A stretch of 64,000 bases of DNA from Escherichia coli. GTDB lineage: Bacteria; Pseudomonadota; Gammaproteobacteria; Enterobacterales; Enterobacteriaceae. Each line of letters opens with the position of its first letter. Within the stretch, counting starts at the first letter, position 1. The stretch is taken from assembly GCF_013122565.1 (NCBI RefSeq), contig NZ_CP053258.1. One strand, 5' to 3'. The notes under the pieces are model-generated. The model saw only the letters and a program-made list of their open reading frames with translations, searched no databases and was not told the origin of the DNA. This document shows positions 1 through 12,404 of this stretch, piece by piece. The translations under genes were made by a program, and so were the position numbers.

Positions 1-1
1 T

Positions 2-1261
2 GTGGCGATTGCTGATCCAACCGCGTGGATTGCTGAAGGTAGCAAGCTGGACAAAGCCGCGAAAATTCGCGCATTCACCAACTATCTGCCTGGCTTCAAC
101 ATCCCTATGCTGCCTCGCGAGCTTTCTGACGATCTCTGCTCACTGCGCGCCAATGAAGTCCGCCCGGTACTGGCATGCCGCATGACACTCTCCGCTGATG
201 GCACCATTGAAGATAATATCGAATTCTTTGCCGCCACCATCGAATCCAAAGCGAAGCTGGTGTATGACCAGGTTTCTGACTGGCTGGAAAATACCGGTGA
301 CTGGCAGCCTGAAAGTGAAGCAATTGCCGAACAAGTCCGTTTGTTAGCGCAAATTTGCCAACGCCGCGGCGAGTGGCGTCATAACCACGCACTGGTGTTT
401 AAAGATCGCCCGGATTACCGCTTTATTCTCGGTGAAAAAGGTGAAGTGCTGGATATCGTCGCCGAGCCTCGTCGCATTGCCAACCGTATCGTCGAAGAAG
501 CGATGATTGCCGCTAATATTTGTGCGGCCCGCGTACTGCGCGATAAGCTCGGTTTTGGCATCTATAACGTGCATATGGGCTTTGATCCGGCGAATGCCGA
601 CGCGCTGGCAGCGTTGCTGAAAACGCACGGTCTGCATGTCGATGCCGAAGAAGTGCTTACGCTGGACGGTTTCTGTAAGCTGCGTCGTGAACTGGATGCG
701 CAACCAACTGGTTTCCTCGACAGCCGCATTCGTCGCTTCCAGTCATTTGCTGAAATTAGCACTGAACCCGGTCCTCACTTTGGCCTCGGTCTGGAAGCAT
801 ACGCCACCTGGACTTCGCCGATCCGTAAATATGGCGACATGATCAACCACCGTCTGCTGAAAGCGATTATCAAAGGCGAAACTGCGACGCGTCCACAGGA
901 TGAAATCACTGTCCAAATGGCCGAGCGTCGCCGTCTCAATCGGATGGCAGAACGTGATGTTGGTGACTGGTTATACGCACGCTTCCTGAAAGACAAAGCC
1001 GGGACCGACACCCGTTTCGCGGCGGAAATTGTCGATATCAGCCGTGGCGGCATGCGTGTTCGTTTGGTTGATAACGGCGCTATCGCCTTTATTCCTGCAC
1101 CTTTCTTACACGCTGTGCGCGATGAAATGGTTTGCAGCCAGGAAAACGGCACCGTACAAATTAAAGGTGAAACGGTTTATAAAGTAACTGACGTTATTGA
1201 CGTCACCATTGCCGAAGTCCGCATGGAAACCCGCAGCATTATTGCGCGCCCGGTCGCGTAA
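2..1261 (+). CDS. rnb: Exoribonuclease II, C-terminal 419 codons; 5' end lies outside the window
   Basis: ORF open from the window edge; translation recognised as the RNase II C-terminal region including the S1-like tail; followed by a hairpin terminator. Confidence 0.9.
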   Translation: MAIADPTAWIAEGSKLDKAAKIRAFTNYLPGFNIPMLPRELSDDLCSLRANEVRPVLACRMTLSADGTIEDNIEFFAATIESKAKLVYDQVSDWLENTGDWQPESEAIAEQVRLLAQICQRRGEWRHNHALVFKDRPDYRFILGEKGEVLDIVAEPRRIANRIVEEAMIAANICAARVLRDKLGFGIYNVHMGFDPANADALAALLKTHGLHVDAEEVLTLDGFCKLRRELDAQPTGFLDSRIRRFQSFAEISTEPGPHFGLGLEAYATWTSPIRKYGDMINHRLLKAIIKGETATRPQDEITVQMAERRRLNRMAERDVGDWLYARFLKDKAGTDTRFAAEIVDISRGGMRVRLVDNGAIAFIPAPFLHAVRDEMVCSQENGTVQIKGETVYKVTDVIDVTIAEVRMETRSIIARPVA

Positions 1262-1270
1262 TCTCCTTTC

Positions 1271-1303
1271 ACGGCCCATTCCTTATGAATGGGCCGTTTA
1301 TTT
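1271..1303 (+). terminator. Intrinsic terminator after rnb
   Basis: Inverted repeat acggcccattc / gaatgggccgt with 5-nt loop followed by a T-rich run. Confidence 0.6.
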
Positions 1304-1494
1304 CCCCGCTCTACCTTCATCATGTCCCGGCAGTTTTTTAACTGACTTTCGTTTGAAAACTGGCGTTTTTCCAAAACTGGATTACAAATAAATATATAAA
1401 AAAACAATGCGTTTAGCCGCCGTTAATTTCATGTAAGTCATGTTGTTCCTTTTATTTAACCGCGGACTCCGCTGTTAACCGGAGGATATGCATC

Positions 1495-3480
1495 ATGAAA
1501 ACCGTTAGGGAGTCCACAACGTTGTACAACTTTCTCGGATCGCACAATTCATACTGGCGGTTGACGGAAAGCAGCGATGTTTTGCGCTTTTCTACCACCG
1601 AAACCACAGAACCTGAACGTATGTTGCAGTTATCTGCCGAACAGGCTGCTCGCATCAGGGAAATGACGGTCATCACCTCCAGCCTGATGATGAGTCTGAC
1701 CGTCGATGAAAGCGATCTTTCTGTGCATCTGGTAGGACGAAAAATCAATAAACGGGAATGGGCTGGCAACGCGTCTGCATGGCATGACACACCGGCGGTT
1801 GCTCGTGATTTATCACACGGGCTTTCCTTTGCTGAGCAGGTAGTTTCTGAAGCACATTCCGCAATAGTCATTCTCGACAGCCGGGGGAATATTCAACGCT
1901 TCAATCGGTTATGTGAAGATTACACAGGGTTGAAAGAACACGACGTCATTGGGCAAAGCGTGTTTAAACTGTTTATGAGCCGTCGTGAAGCTGCGGCATC
2001 CAGGCGCAATAACCGTGTATTTTTTCGAAGCGGCAATGCATATGAAGTCGAACTGTGGATACCAACACGTAAAGGCCAGCGGCTGTTTCTGTTTCGCAAT
2101 AAATTTGTCCACAGCGGCAGTGGCAAAAACGAGATTTTTTTAATCTGTTCAGGCACCGATATTACCGAAGAGCGCCGCGCTCAGGAGCGACTGCGTATTC
2201 TGGCAAATACCGACAGTATCACCGGACTGCCGAATCGTAACGCAATGCAGGAGTTAATCGATCACGCCATTAATCAGGCAGATAACAATAAAGTTGGGGT
2301 TGTGTATCTTGATTTGGATAATTTTAAAAAGGTCAATGACGCCTATGGGCATTTGTTTGGTGACCAGCTATTACGCGACGTGTCATTGGCTATTTTAAGC
2401 TGTCTCGAACATGACCAGGTGTTGGCGCGTCCAGGTGGCGATGAGTTTCTGGTACTCGCATCCAATACCTCACAAAGCGCGCTGGAAGCAATGGCATCAC
2501 GAATTTTGACTCGCTTACGGCTCCCCTTTCGTATTGGTTTAATTGAAGTTTATACCAGCTGTTCAGTAGGTATTTCGCTCTCTCCCGAACATGGTTCGGA
2601 CAGCGCGACTATTATTCGTCACGCCGACACAGCAATGTACACAGCGAAGGAAGGCGGACGAGGACAATTTTGCGTTTTTACTCCAGAAATGAATCAGCGG
2701 GTATTTGAATATCTCTGGCTGGATACCAACTTGCGTAAAGCACTGGAAAACGATCAGTTGGTTATTCACTATCAACCGAAAATCACCTGGCGTGGCGAAG
2801 TGCGCAGTCTGGAAGCACTAGTACGTTGGCAGTCACCTGAACGTGGGTTGATTCCACCGTTGGACTTCATTTCCTACGCCGAAGAGTCAGGGCTAATTGT
2901 GCCTTTAGGCCGTTGGGTGATTCTCGATGTCGTACGCCAGGTGGCAAAGTGGCGGGATAAAGGTATTAACCTGCGAGTGGCGGTAAATATTTCTGCACGT
3001 CAGCTCGCCGATCAAACCATTTTCACCGCCCTGAAACAGGTTCTTCAGGAACTCAATTTTGAATACTGCCCTATCGATGTTGAACTGACAGAGAGTTGTC
3101 TGATTGAGAATGATGAACTGGCACTGTCTGTTATTCAACAATTTAGCCAACTAGGTGCGCAAGTGCATCTGGACGATTTTGGTACCGGCTACTCTTCACT
3201 TTCGCAACTGGCGCGCTTTCCGATCGATGCCATCAAACTTGACCAGGTTTTTGTTCGAGATATTCACAAACAGCCTGTCTCGCAGTCACTGGTCCGGGCG
3301 ATCGTCGCTGTGGCCCAGGCATTGAATCTTCAGGTGATCGCCGAAGGTGTAGAGAGTGCAAAGGAAGATGCTTTTTTAACCAAGAACGGGATCAATGAGC
3401 GGCAAGGATTTTTGTTTGCCAAACCGATGCCCGCCGTCGCCTTCGAACGCTGGTATAAACGCTATCTGAAGCGCGCATAA
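1495..3480 (+). CDS. pdeR: Cyclic-di-GMP phosphodiesterase with PAS, GGDEF and EAL domains
   Basis: 661 aa ORF; GGDEF motif in ARPGGDEFLV and EAL motif in EALVRWQ visible in the translation. Confidence 0.92.
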   Translation: MKTVRESTTLYNFLGSHNSYWRLTESSDVLRFSTTETTEPERMLQLSAEQAARIREMTVITSSLMMSLTVDESDLSVHLVGRKINKREWAGNASAWHDTPAVARDLSHGLSFAEQVVSEAHSAIVILDSRGNIQRFNRLCEDYTGLKEHDVIGQSVFKLFMSRREAAASRRNNRVFFRSGNAYEVELWIPTRKGQRLFLFRNKFVHSGSGKNEIFLICSGTDITEERRAQERLRILANTDSITGLPNRNAMQELIDHAINQADNNKVGVVYLDLDNFKKVNDAYGHLFGDQLLRDVSLAILSCLEHDQVLARPGGDEFLVLASNTSQSALEAMASRILTRLRLPFRIGLIEVYTSCSVGISLSPEHGSDSATIIRHADTAMYTAKEGGRGQFCVFTPEMNQRVFEYLWLDTNLRKALENDQLVIHYQPKITWRGEVRSLEALVRWQSPERGLIPPLDFISYAEESGLIVPLGRWVILDVVRQVAKWRDKGINLRVAVNISARQLADQTIFTALKQVLQELNFEYCPIDVELTESCLIENDELALSVIQQFSQLGAQVHLDDFGTGYSSLSQLARFPIDAIKLDQVFVRDIHKQPVSQSLVRAIVAVAQALNLQVIAEGVESAKEDAFLTKNGINERQGFLFAKPMPAVAFERWYKRYLKRA

Positions 3481-3626
3481 GTAGATGAATATATATACCT
3501 AGCGCTATATCCCGTCATTATATATCGTATTCCTGGATGATAATTAGCCGTTGCTGTTAAACACTTCTCTTTTAGCGGCAATTTTTGCATTATTCATTTT
3601 CCACTTTTGCTATAAGGATGTCCTTG

Positions 3627-3800
3627 ATGTCTGAATTTGATGCCCAGCGCGTTGCCGAACGTATTGATATTGTGTTAGATATCCTTGTGGCAGGCGATTA
3701 CCACTCTGCGATCCATAATCTCGAGATTCTTAAAGCAGAACTCTTGCGCCAGGTTGCTGAATCTACGCCAGACATCCCGAAGGCACCGTGGGAGATTTAA
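3627..3800 (+). CDS. yciZ: Small UPF0509-family protein (57 aa)
   Basis: Internal ATG of the 71-aa ORF gives [16 protein letters not shown]..., matching the remembered YciZ; position between pdeR and yciT. Confidence 0.7.
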
Positions 3801-3890
3801 CAATCGTGCCTTCAGGTTTTCCTATTTGAGGATGCCCGGCGCGTCAGTATTTTTTTTATTTAGTATTATAACGTTATAAGAATTACAGCG

Positions 3891-4640
3891 ATGAATTCCC
3901 GACAACAAACTATTCTACAGATGGTCATTGACCAGGGTCAGGTTAGCGTAACCGATCTGGCAAAAGCCACTGGAGTTTCTGAAGTTACCATTCGCCAGGA
4001 TCTCAACACCCTCGAAAAACTGAATTACCTCCGCCGTGCACATGGTTTTGCAGTTTCGCTTGATAGTGATGACGTCGAAACCCGGATGATGAGCAACTAT
4101 ACGCTGAAGCGTGAACTCGCCGAGTTTGCCGCGTCACTGGTTCAACCGGGCGAAACCATCTTTATCGAAAATGGCAGCAGCAATGCCCTGCTCGCCCGGA
4201 CTCTTGGCGAACAGAAGAAAAATGTCACTATCATCACAGTCAGCAGCTACATTGCGCATTTGCTGAAAGACGCGCCTTGTGAAGTCATTTTGCTCGGTGG
4301 CGTGTACCAGAAAAAAAGCGAAAGTATGGTTGGCCCTTTGACACGCCAGTGCATCCAACAGGTGCATTTCAGCAAAGCATTTATTGGTATTGATGGCTGG
4401 CAACCTGAAACTGGATTTACCGGTCGCGATATGATGCGTACCGATGTGGTCAATGCCGTGCTGGAAAAAGAGTGCGAAGCGATAGTCCTGACTGACAGCT
4501 CGAAATTTGGTGCTGTACATTCATACTCCATCGGCCCCGTTGAGCGATTCAATCGCGTGATTACCGATTCGAAAATACGCGCCAGCGATTTGATGCATCT
4601 TGAGCACAGTAAACTCACCGTTCACGTCGTTGACATTTAA
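3891..4640 (+). CDS. yciT: DeoR-family transcriptional regulator
   Basis: 249 aa; N-terminal HTH ([21 protein letters not shown]) and sugar-binding-type C-terminal domain. Confidence 0.85.
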   Translation: MNSRQQTILQMVIDQGQVSVTDLAKATGVSEVTIRQDLNTLEKLNYLRRAHGFAVSLDSDDVETRMMSNYTLKRELAEFAASLVQPGETIFIENGSSNALLARTLGEQKKNVTIITVSSYIAHLLKDAPCEVILLGGVYQKKSESMVGPLTRQCIQQVHFSKAFIGIDGWQPETGFTGRDMMRTDVVNAVLEKECEAIVLTDSSKFGAVHSYSIGPVERFNRVITDSKIRASDLMHLEHSKLTVHVVDI

Positions 4641-4908
4641 CCATTTCCCTTCTCTACGGATGATTTGCAGTTTGGCAAATCATCCGCTCTAAGATGATTC
4701 CTGGTTGATAATTAAGACTATTTACCTGTCATTAACATTCTCAAGATATAAAATTATTATCAGCGATATAACAGGAAGTCATTATCACCTGCGTGATATA
4801 ACCCTGCGCGCGAGCGGATTTCACGGAATAATTTCACCAGGCTTATTCTTAGCTATTATAGTTATAGAGAGCTTACTTCTGTGAATCATAAATTCAGGAG
4901 AGAGTATT

Positions 4909-5127
4909 ATGTTTGTAACGAGCAAAAAAATGACCGCGGCTGTTCTGGCAATTACCCTGGCAATGTCTCTGAGTGCCTGTTCTAACTGGTCTAAACGGGA
5001 TCGTAACACCGCAATCGGCGCTGGTGCAGGGGCATTAGGCGGTGCAGTACTGACCGATGGCAGTACGTTGGGTACATTAGGTGGTGCAGCTGTCGGTGGT
5101 GTTATTGGTCACCAGGTCGGTAAATAA
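4909..5127 (+). CDS. osmB: Osmotically inducible lipoprotein B
   Basis: 72 aa; signal peptide with lipobox LSAC, Gly-rich mature part; SD upstream of the ATG. Confidence 0.9.
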   Translation: MFVTSKKMTAAVLAITLAMSLSACSNWSKRDRNTAIGAGAGALGGAVLTDGSTLGTLGGAAVGGVIGHQVGK

Positions 5128-5221
5128 TCGTAAATAAATGTCGATTATCGACTCGCAATTATAATACGCTTGATTCTGTTCAGTACGAAATAACTGAATA
5201 ATACACACAGTAAAATATTCG

Positions 5222-5249
5222 AAAGCCACGGATATATCCGTGGCTTTTT
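5222..5249. terminator. Hairpin terminator between convergent osmB and yciH
   Basis: aaagccacgga-tata-tccgtggcttt followed by T-run. Confidence 0.6.
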
Positions 5250-5252
5250 ATG

Positions 5253-5579
5253 TTAACCGCCTGCGAGTTTTACCTTCATCCCTTTCGCTTCAAGCAGTGA
5301 TTTTAATAAATCACGCTTATCGCCCTGGATTTCAATAATTCCGTCTTTAACTGCTCCGCCGCAGCCGCATTTTTTCTTCAGTTCCGCTGCCAGTTTTGTC
5401 AGTTCGGCATCATCGAGATCGACACCGGTAATCAGGCAAACGCCCTTACCTTTACGTCCACTGGTCTGACGCTGAATACGCACCACTCCGTCGCCTTTAG
5501 GGCGTACAGGGGCCGCTTTGGGCTCATCAATACGCCCGGTTTCTGTTGAGTAGACCAGACGGCTGTTGGAATCACTCAT
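5253..5579 (-). CDS. yciH: SUI1/eIF1-like translation initiation factor homologue
   Basis: 108 aa [17 protein letters not shown]...; start overlaps the pyrF stop by 1 nt. Confidence 0.85.
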   Translation of the reverse strand: MSDSNSRLVYSTETGRIDEPKAAPVRPKGDGVVRIQRQTSGRKGKGVCLITGVDLDDAELTKLAAELKKKCGCGGAVKDGIIEIQGDKRDLLKSLLEAKGMKVKLAGG

Positions 5580-6316
5580 CATGCACTCCGCTGTAAAGAG
5601 GCGTTGATCGCTTTCAGCGTCTGCGCTGGATCTACCGATTGCGTTACCGGGCGACCAATCACCATATAATCAACACCAGCCGCCAACGCCTGTTCTGGCG
5701 TCATAATGCGGCGCTGGTCACCAGCATCACTCCCCTGCGGACGAATGCCCGGCGTAACCAGTTTGAACTCCTGACCGAATACCTGTTTGAAACGTACAGC
5801 TTCCTGAGCAGAACACACCACACCATCAAGGCCACATTTTTGCGTCAGTGCCGCCAGACGTTCTGCATAATCTGCAGGTGACAGTGTCACGCCAAGATCG
5901 GTCAGGTCGCTGGCTTCCATGCTGGTCAACACTGTCACAGCAATCAAAAGCGGTGCATCTTTGCCAAACGGAACAAGTGCCTCACGCGCTGCGGTCATCA
6001 TACGCGCCCCACCGGAGGCATGAACATTCACCATCCACACGCCTAAGTCAGCTGCAGCAGCGACAGCGTGTGCTGCAGTGTTGGGAATATCGTGGAATTT
6101 CAGGTCAAGAAAGATATCAAAACCACGCTGTTGAAGTTCGCGCACAAACTGTGGCCCAAACAATGTAAACATCTCTTTGCCGACCTTCAGACGACAATCG
6201 CGTGGGTCGATCTTGTCGACAAAGGCCAGCGCGTCATCACGATTATGATAATCAAGGGCAACAACCACAGGAGAATTCGTAACAGCGCGGGAAGAAGATG
6301 AAGCAGTTAACGTCAT
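5579..6316 (-). CDS. pyrF: Orotidine-5'-phosphate decarboxylase
   Basis: Start taken at internal Met giving 245 aa [23 protein letters not shown]...; the ORF track extends 20 codons further upstream. Confidence 0.93.
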   Translation of the reverse strand: MTLTASSSSRAVTNSPVVVALDYHNRDDALAFVDKIDPRDCRLKVGKEMFTLFGPQFVRELQQRGFDIFLDLKFHDIPNTAAHAVAAAADLGVWMVNVHASGGARMMTAAREALVPFGKDAPLLIAVTVLTSMEASDLTDLGVTLSPADYAERLAALTQKCGLDGVVCSAQEAVRFKQVFGQEFKLVTPGIRPQGSDAGDQRRIMTPEQALAAGVDYMVIGRPVTQSVDPAQTLKAINASLQRSA

Positions 6317-6507
6317 GACCAGACCTTCTTGATGATGGGCACCGGAAGTGGCGCGAAACAGGTAAACGGCGAGCATTCTACCCGTGGAAATAAAAAATTA
6401 ACAGTTGCGATTTCTCCCCTGGCAGGCTTTTCTGCGCCGTCGTTGCCGGAGCACAATGGAACATCAATAATTAGTATGTTGTAACTAAAGTCGATTTTTT
6501 TTAAAAA

Positions 6508-7677
6508 TTACAGGCCATCAAGACCGCGAATCGGTTTAATGGTTGACCAGGCCCGACAAGACGGACAATGCCAGTAGAGGGTGTATGCGGTAAAACCACA
6601 TTTCTGGCAGCGATAACGAGGCTTACTACGTACCTTTTCACCAACCATGTCACGCAGCACCATCAGGCTCTCTTTGGCACGCCCTTCTTCCGCTTCATTT
6701 AAGTGGTAATCCATTAGCTTATGGAACACACGCATGGTCGGATGACGCTGAAGCTGGCGCGTAATATAGACCTGTGCGGCCTCACTACCGTCGCGCGCTT
6801 CGATGATATCCGCAAGCATCAATTCAGCATCGGCACCGGTGTTCTCTTCCACCGCGCGCTGTAGGAATTCTGCCCATTCGGCAGTTTTACCCAACTGCTG
6901 ATAGCAGGTTTGCAACATTTCCAGCGTTTCGCTGACCAGTTCTCTGTCCTGGGATATGACACGTTGCAGACTTTCGACGGCTTTGGCGTATTCTCCTTTC
7001 GCCATAAACACGCGTCCCATCATGATGGATACGCGGGCGCTGTTTTTATCTGCCGCCGCCCCTTTTTTTAGCAAGGTCATGGCACGATCGAGATCGTCGC
7101 TGGCCATATGCTGCAGGGCTAACTCACAGTAGAAATGGGCAATTTCGACGCGCTGTTTATCTTTACCCAGCTTCACCAGGCGTTCGGCAACATCAATTGC
7201 TTTCTGCCACTCGCTGGTAGCCTGGTAGATTTGTAGCAACTGTTGCAGAGCGCCAATGCGGAAGTCAGTTTCATCGGTCAGCTGATTGAACATGTCTTCC
7301 GCGCGGTCGTATAACCCGGCGGCCATGTAATCACGCCCCAGTTGTTGAATCGCCAACAGACGCTGTTCATAGGTCAGCGAGGCGCTTTCCATTAGGGTCT
7401 GATGGATGCGAATAGCGCGATCAACTTCGCCACGCGAACGGAACAGGTTTCCGAGCGTAAGGTGGGCTTCAACGGTGCCTGTATCCTCTTTAAGCATATC
7501 GAGAAACAGGTCTACCGCTTTATCCTGTTGATTACTAAGCAGGAAGTTAACCCCCGCTACGTAATCACGCGACAAGCGGTTGGCTTCATCTTGCTTGTTT
7601 TGTTGCGCACTTCTGCGGCCCATATACCAGCCATAGGCAGCGGCTACAGGCAAAAGCAGAAACAACAACTCCAGCAT
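6508..7677 (-). CDS. lapB: LPS assembly protein LapB (TPR repeats plus C-terminal rubredoxin-like metal site)
   Basis: 389 aa; N-terminal TM helix, TPR-like repeats, C-terminal CQKCGF...CPSC. Confidence 0.92.
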   Translation of the reverse strand: MLELLFLLLPVAAAYGWYMGRRSAQQNKQDEANRLSRDYVAGVNFLLSNQQDKAVDLFLDMLKEDTGTVEAHLTLGNLFRSRGEVDRAIRIHQTLMESASLTYEQRLLAIQQLGRDYMAAGLYDRAEDMFNQLTDETDFRIGALQQLLQIYQATSEWQKAIDVAERLVKLGKDKQRVEIAHFYCELALQHMASDDLDRAMTLLKKGAAADKNSARVSIMMGRVFMAKGEYAKAVESLQRVISQDRELVSETLEMLQTCYQQLGKTAEWAEFLQRAVEENTGADAELMLADIIEARDGSEAAQVYITRQLQRHPTMRVFHKLMDYHLNEAEEGRAKESLMVLRDMVGEKVRSKPRYRCQKCGFTAYTLYWHCPSCRAWSTIKPIRGLDGL

Positions 7678-7683
7678 AGAAAG

Positions 7684-7992
7684 TTATTCCTTCGCCGCTG
7701 ACGAGTGCGGCGCTACAGCCACGTCAGTCGCGGGTGAAAGCTGGTTTTCCAGTCGCTTTATTTTACGTTCAGCGCGCGCCAGGGAAACACGAACTCGCAG
7801 CCAGAACAGGCCACAAATCAACCAACCGATAGCAAACCCCGCAGCAAACAATACCGCCAGCAATGTGGAAATACGGTACTCCCCTTGCGCTAACAGATAA
7901 TTAAACGTCACCTGTTGATCGTTCTGCGCACCCAACGTGACCGAAATCACGAAGATCGCTAACACCAGTAAGAAAATGAGTAAATATTTCAC
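7684..7992 (-). CDS. lapA: LPS assembly protein LapA (small membrane protein)
   Basis: 102 aa, two hydrophobic helices; 6 bp upstream of lapB on the same strand. Confidence 0.85.
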   Translation of the reverse strand: MKYLLIFLLVLAIFVISVTLGAQNDQQVTFNYLLAQGEYRISTLLAVLFAAGFAIGWLICGLFWLRVRVSLARAERKIKRLENQLSPATDVAVAPHSSAAKE

Positions 7993-8140
7993 ATTACTTC
8001 CCGTTATGTGGTTAGAGCGAATAAATTATGGTCAACTTACCGCAATAGCCCTTTAAAGTACCATTTTCGCGCCGTCTGCGAAATGGCATCCACGCGCATT
8101 GTTGATGATTTAAGGGCTAAATTCGGAAAATCAACCAGCG

Positions 8141-8905
8141 TTAACTTTCTTGTTCTCGTTGCGCTATTTCGCGATTTTCTTCCGCAGGTGGTGTTAATGG
8201 CCCACAAATTCGTTGCGTAAGCCACGTTGCCACCGCCACCAGCGCCCACGAAATCAACGTAGCTACCACCAGATCGCGTGGCCAATGCATCCCGAGCAGC
8301 AGGCGGCTTCCCATGACTCCCGTTGCCCAGACCAGCAAGATAGCAATGGTTAACGTTCGCCGACGCGGCCACAGCAAACCAACGGCCAGCAGTGCCCAAC
8401 TGGCAGCAAACATCGTGTGACCGGAAGGAAAGGCAAACCCGGTCTCTTTCTGCCAGTGTGAACGCAAATATTGTGGGATATTTATCTCTTCAGCCAACTG
8501 TTCTTTCACTAGATTTCCGCGTTCTGCTCGCTTTAAAGTGTAGAACTCATCAACCGGAATATGATGTGTTTTTTCCAGCCAGATAACAAAAGGTCGTGGT
8601 TCCTGGACTTTGTCTTTGATCCAGGATTTAACGCCTTGTCCCACAAGGATTGCCGCCGCCAGAATGGCAAATAATACAAAGGCAGCCTTAATGCGAAAAC
8701 GCAGACACCAGAGAAACCAGCCGAATAAAATCAAATGTGTAATGACGCCCCAGGGCTGGGTGACAGTTTCAGTAACCCAAAAAGCCGCTTTTAGTAGCCA
8801 ACTTTGTTCTCCAGGTTGCCAACGCCAGCCAGAAATCCATACGGCTACTGGCATAACAAGCAATAGTGCAGCTCCCACTGCGGTACGTCGGGCAATCGAA
8901 CGCAT
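8141..8905 (-). CDS. pgpB: Phosphatidylglycerophosphatase B (PAP2 family)
   Basis: 254 aa polytopic membrane protein with PAP2 PSGH motif (FPSGHTMFA). Confidence 0.9.
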   Translation of the reverse strand: MRSIARRTAVGAALLLVMPVAVWISGWRWQPGEQSWLLKAAFWVTETVTQPWGVITHLILFGWFLWCLRFRIKAAFVLFAILAAAILVGQGVKSWIKDKVQEPRPFVIWLEKTHHIPVDEFYTLKRAERGNLVKEQLAEEINIPQYLRSHWQKETGFAFPSGHTMFAASWALLAVGLLWPRRRTLTIAILLVWATGVMGSRLLLGMHWPRDLVVATLISWALVAVATWLTQRICGPLTPPAEENREIAQREQES

Positions 8906-9074
8906 GGCCTCTCCTTTTTGATAAGTCCCACAATCATAACTGAAAATGCCAGTTCCAGGAAAAATTGACAGATTTGTGCCATTCCGTGAACGATCGACGC
9001 GTCGTGATTAGGTGAACCCCTTCTCGTTATGGCAAAATAAGCCAATACAGAACCAGCATTATCTGGAGAATTTC

Positions 9075-9665
9075 ATGCAGCTTAAACGTGTGGCAGAAGC
9101 CAAACTGCCAACCCCATGGGGCGATTTCCTGATGGTGGGATTTGAAGAACTGGCAACCGGACACGATCATGTCGCGCTAGTCTATGGCGATATTTCCGGG
9201 CATACCCCGGTACTTGCGCGCGTCCATTCCGAATGTCTGACCGGTGACGCTCTGTTCAGCTTGCGCTGCGATTGTGGCTTCCAGCTCGAAGCGGCATTGA
9301 CGCAAATTGCCGAGGAAGGCCGTGGTATTTTGCTGTATCACCGTCAGGAAGGTCGTAACATTGGTCTGCTGAATAAAATCCGCGCTTACGCACTGCAGGA
9401 TCAAGGTTACGATACTGTAGAGGCTAACCACCAGTTAGGCTTCGCCGCTGATGAGCGCGACTTCACTCTTTGCGCTGATATGTTCAAACTCCTTGGCGTC
9501 AATGAAGTCCGCTTGTTAACCAATAACCCGAAAAAAGTCGAAATTCTGACCGAAGCAGGGATTAATATTGTTGAACGCGTACCATTGATTGTAGGTCGTA
9601 ACCCCAATAACGAACATTATCTCGATACCAAAGCCGAGAAAATGGGCCATTTGCTGAACAAATAA
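9075..9665 (+). CDS. ribA: GTP cyclohydrolase II
   Basis: Start at internal ATG giving 196 aa [18 protein letters not shown]...; zinc Cys cluster [15 protein letters not shown]. Confidence 0.93.
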
Positions 9666-9687
9666 CCCTCTTGCATTGTGGAATTCA

Positions 9688-9722
9688 TTTGCTTGCCGGA
9701 AGCAAAATAACCGGCAAGCAAA
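9688..9722. terminator. Bidirectional hairpin between convergent ribA and acnA
   Basis: Perfect 12-bp inverted repeat tttgcttgccgg / ccggcaagcaaa flanking an 11-nt loop. Confidence 0.6.
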
Positions 9723-9728
9723 TACTTG

Positions 9729-12404
9729 TTACTTCAACATATTACGAATGACATAATGCAAAATGCCGTCGTTCTGGTAGTAGGTCAACTCCGTCGCGGT
9801 GTCGATACGACAACGGCAGAGTACGACTTCCTGGCTACCATCCGCGCGCGTAAGCGTCACCGGAACCGTCGCGCCGGGTTGTAGATTTTGCAGATCGCCA
9901 ATATCAATCTTCTCTTCCCCGGTTAGCCCTAACGTTTTACGCGTTACGCCTTGCGGAAATTCCAGCGGCAGGATGCCCATGCCAATTAAATTCGAACGGT
10001 GAATTCGTTCAAACGACTCGGCAATCACCACACGAATTCCAAGCAGACGAGGACCTTTTGCCGCCCAGTCACGGCTGGAGCCTGATCCATACTCTTTCCC
10101 GGCAATCACCGCCAGCGGCGTTTGCTCCTGCTTATAGCGCATCGCAGCATCATAAATAGAGACTACGTCGCTGTCAGGTAAATGCCGCGTCATCCCCCCT
10201 TCAACGCCAGGCACCATTTCATTACGGATGCGAATATTGGCGAAGGTGCCGCGCATCATCACTTCATGGTTACCACGCCGCGAACCGTAGGAGTTAAAGT
10301 CTTTTCGCTCAACACCCCGACCTTGTAGATATCGACCCGCTGGGCTGTCGGGCTTAATACTGCCCGCCGGAGAGATATGGTCAGTGGTGACTGAATCCCC
10401 CAGCATTGCGAGGATCCGCGCACCGTGAATATCTTCCACAGGTGCTGGTGTTGCCTGCATTTCATCAAAGAAAGGCGATAAGCGAATATAGGTTGAATCC
10501 TCCTGCCAACCGTAGGTATCGGATCGTGTGACGTTAATTTCCTTCCACTCTGCTGTGCCTTCAAAAACTTCTGCGTACTCTTTACGGAACATTTCTGTGG
10601 AGACTTGTTCTACCGCACGGGCAATTTCTTGTGCCGATGGCCAGATATCTTTCAGATAAACCGGGTCGCCTTTACGATCATGACCAATAGGCTCAGCAGC
10701 CAGGTTGATATTCATATTTCCCGCCAGCGCATAGGCAACCACCAGCGGCGGCGAGGCCAGCCAGTTGGTTTTAACCAGCGGATGGATACGGCCTTCAAAG
10801 TTACGGTTGCCGGACAGCACTGCACCGACGGTTAAATCGCCTTTTTTGATTGCCGTTTCGATAGGATCGGGCAGCGGCCCAGAGTTACCAATACAGGTGG
10901 TACAACCGTATCCCACAAGGTTAAACCCCAGTTCGTCGAGATACGGTGTCAATTTCGCTTTTGCCAGATAGTCAGAAACAACTTTCGAGCCTGGTGCCAG
11001 CGACGCTTTGACCCACGGTTGCCGCTTGAGGCCAAGAGTTACGGCTTTTTTCGCCAGCAAGCCTGCAGCCATCAGCACACTTGGGTTAGAGGTGTTGGTG
11101 CACGAGGTTATCGCAGCAATGACCACAGCGCCATCCGGTAACTGATACTGATGTCCGTTCATAACATAATCGACCGGCTGGCGATCTTTATGCGTGGCAT
11201 TCACTTCCAGTTCGTTACTGGCGGCAAATGCTTTTGGTACATCGGGCAGTGCAACGCGATCCTGTGGGCGTTTTGGCCCTGCCAGGCTCGCTTCAACGTC
11301 ATTCATATCCAGTTCTAACGTACTGGTAAAAATCGGTTCATCGCCCGGGTTACGCCACATGCCCTGCGCTTTGGCATATTTTTCGACCAACTCGACCTGA
11401 TCTTCGCTGCGCCCGCTTAAACGCATGTAATCGAGGGTTACAGCATCGATTGGGAAGAAGCCACAGGTGGCACCATATTCTGGCGACATATTGGCAATGG
11501 TGGCGCGATCCGCCAACGGTAGTGAATCCAGCCCATCACCATAAAATTCGACGAATTTCCCCACCACGCCATGTTTGCGCAGCATTTGGGTAACGGTGAG
11601 AACCAGGTCTGTGGCGGTAATACCTTCACGTAATTTTCCGGTAAGTTTAAAGCCCACTACGTCCGGGATAAGCATGGAAACCGGCTGGCCTAACATTGCG
11701 GCTTCTGCTTCGATCCCCCCCACGCCCCACCCCAGCACGCCAAGGCCGTTGATCATGGTGGTGTGCGAGTCAGTACCAACGAGTGTATCCGGATAAGCAA
11801 TCCATTCACCGTCCTGCAATTCGCTCCACACTGCTTTGCCGAGATATTCGAGGTTAACCTGATGGCAAATGCCTGTGCCTGGCGGCACGACGCTAAACCG
11901 ACTGAACGCCTGCTTTCCCCATTTCAGGAACACATAACGTTCGTGGTTGCGCTCCATTTCCAGGCGTACGTTTTCTTCAAATGCCTCATCATCACCAAAA
12001 CGATCGACGGTCACCGAGTGGTCAATGACCAGGTCGACCGGTGAGAGCGGATTAACCTTTGCAGTATCGCCACCGAGGCGTTTAACCGCTTCGCGCATTG
12101 CCGCCAGATCAACAACGGCAGGTACGCCGGTAAAGTCCTGCATCAGCACCCTTGCCGGGCGGTAGGCAATTTCACGGTCAGCATGGGCATTTTTCAGCCA
12201 TCCCGCCAGCGCGTGGATATCCTCTTCGGTAACCGAGTTACCATCCTGCCAGCGCAGCAGGTTTTCGAGCAAAACTTTGAGTGACTTGGGCAGACGGGTG
12301 ATATCGCCCAGTGATTTGGCAGCAAGCGGCAGGCTGTAGTAGTGGTAAGTTTTATCTTTGGCCTGCAACGTGTCCTTACTGGCTTCTCGTAGGGTTGACG
12401 ACAT
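9729..12404 (-). CDS. acnA: Aconitate hydratase A
   Basis: 891 aa; aconitase-family Fe-S protein recognised along the full length. Confidence 0.95.
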   Translation of the reverse strand: MSSTLREASKDTLQAKDKTYHYYSLPLAAKSLGDITRLPKSLKVLLENLLRWQDGNSVTEEDIHALAGWLKNAHADREIAYRPARVLMQDFTGVPAVVDLAAMREAVKRLGGDTAKVNPLSPVDLVIDHSVTVDRFGDDEAFEENVRLEMERNHERYVFLKWGKQAFSRFSVVPPGTGICHQVNLEYLGKAVWSELQDGEWIAYPDTLVGTDSHTTMINGLGVLGWGVGGIEAEAAMLGQPVSMLIPDVVGFKLTGKLREGITATDLVLTVTQMLRKHGVVGKFVEFYGDGLDSLPLADRATIANMSPEYGATCGFFPIDAVTLDYMRLSGRSEDQVELVEKYAKAQGMWRNPGDEPIFTSTLELDMNDVEASLAGPKRPQDRVALPDVPKAFAASNELEVNATHKDRQPVDYVMNGHQYQLPDGAVVIAAITSCTNTSNPSVLMAAGLLAKKAVTLGLKRQPWVKASLAPGSKVVSDYLAKAKLTPYLDELGFNLVGYGCTTCIGNSGPLPDPIETAIKKGDLTVGAVLSGNRNFEGRIHPLVKTNWLASPPLVVAYALAGNMNINLAAEPIGHDRKGDPVYLKDIWPSAQEIARAVEQVSTEMFRKEYAEVFEGTAEWKEINVTRSDTYGWQEDSTYIRLSPFFDEMQATPAPVEDIHGARILAMLGDSVTTDHISPAGSIKPDSPAGRYLQGRGVERKDFNSYGSRRGNHEVMMRGTFANIRIRNEMVPGVEGGMTRHLPDSDVVSIYDAAMRYKQEQTPLAVIAGKEYGSGSSRDWAAKGPRLLGIRVVIAESFERIHRSNLIGMGILPLEFPQGVTRKTLGLTGEEKIDIGDLQNLQPGATVPVTLTRADGSQEVVLCRCRIDTATELTYYQNDGILHYVIRNMLK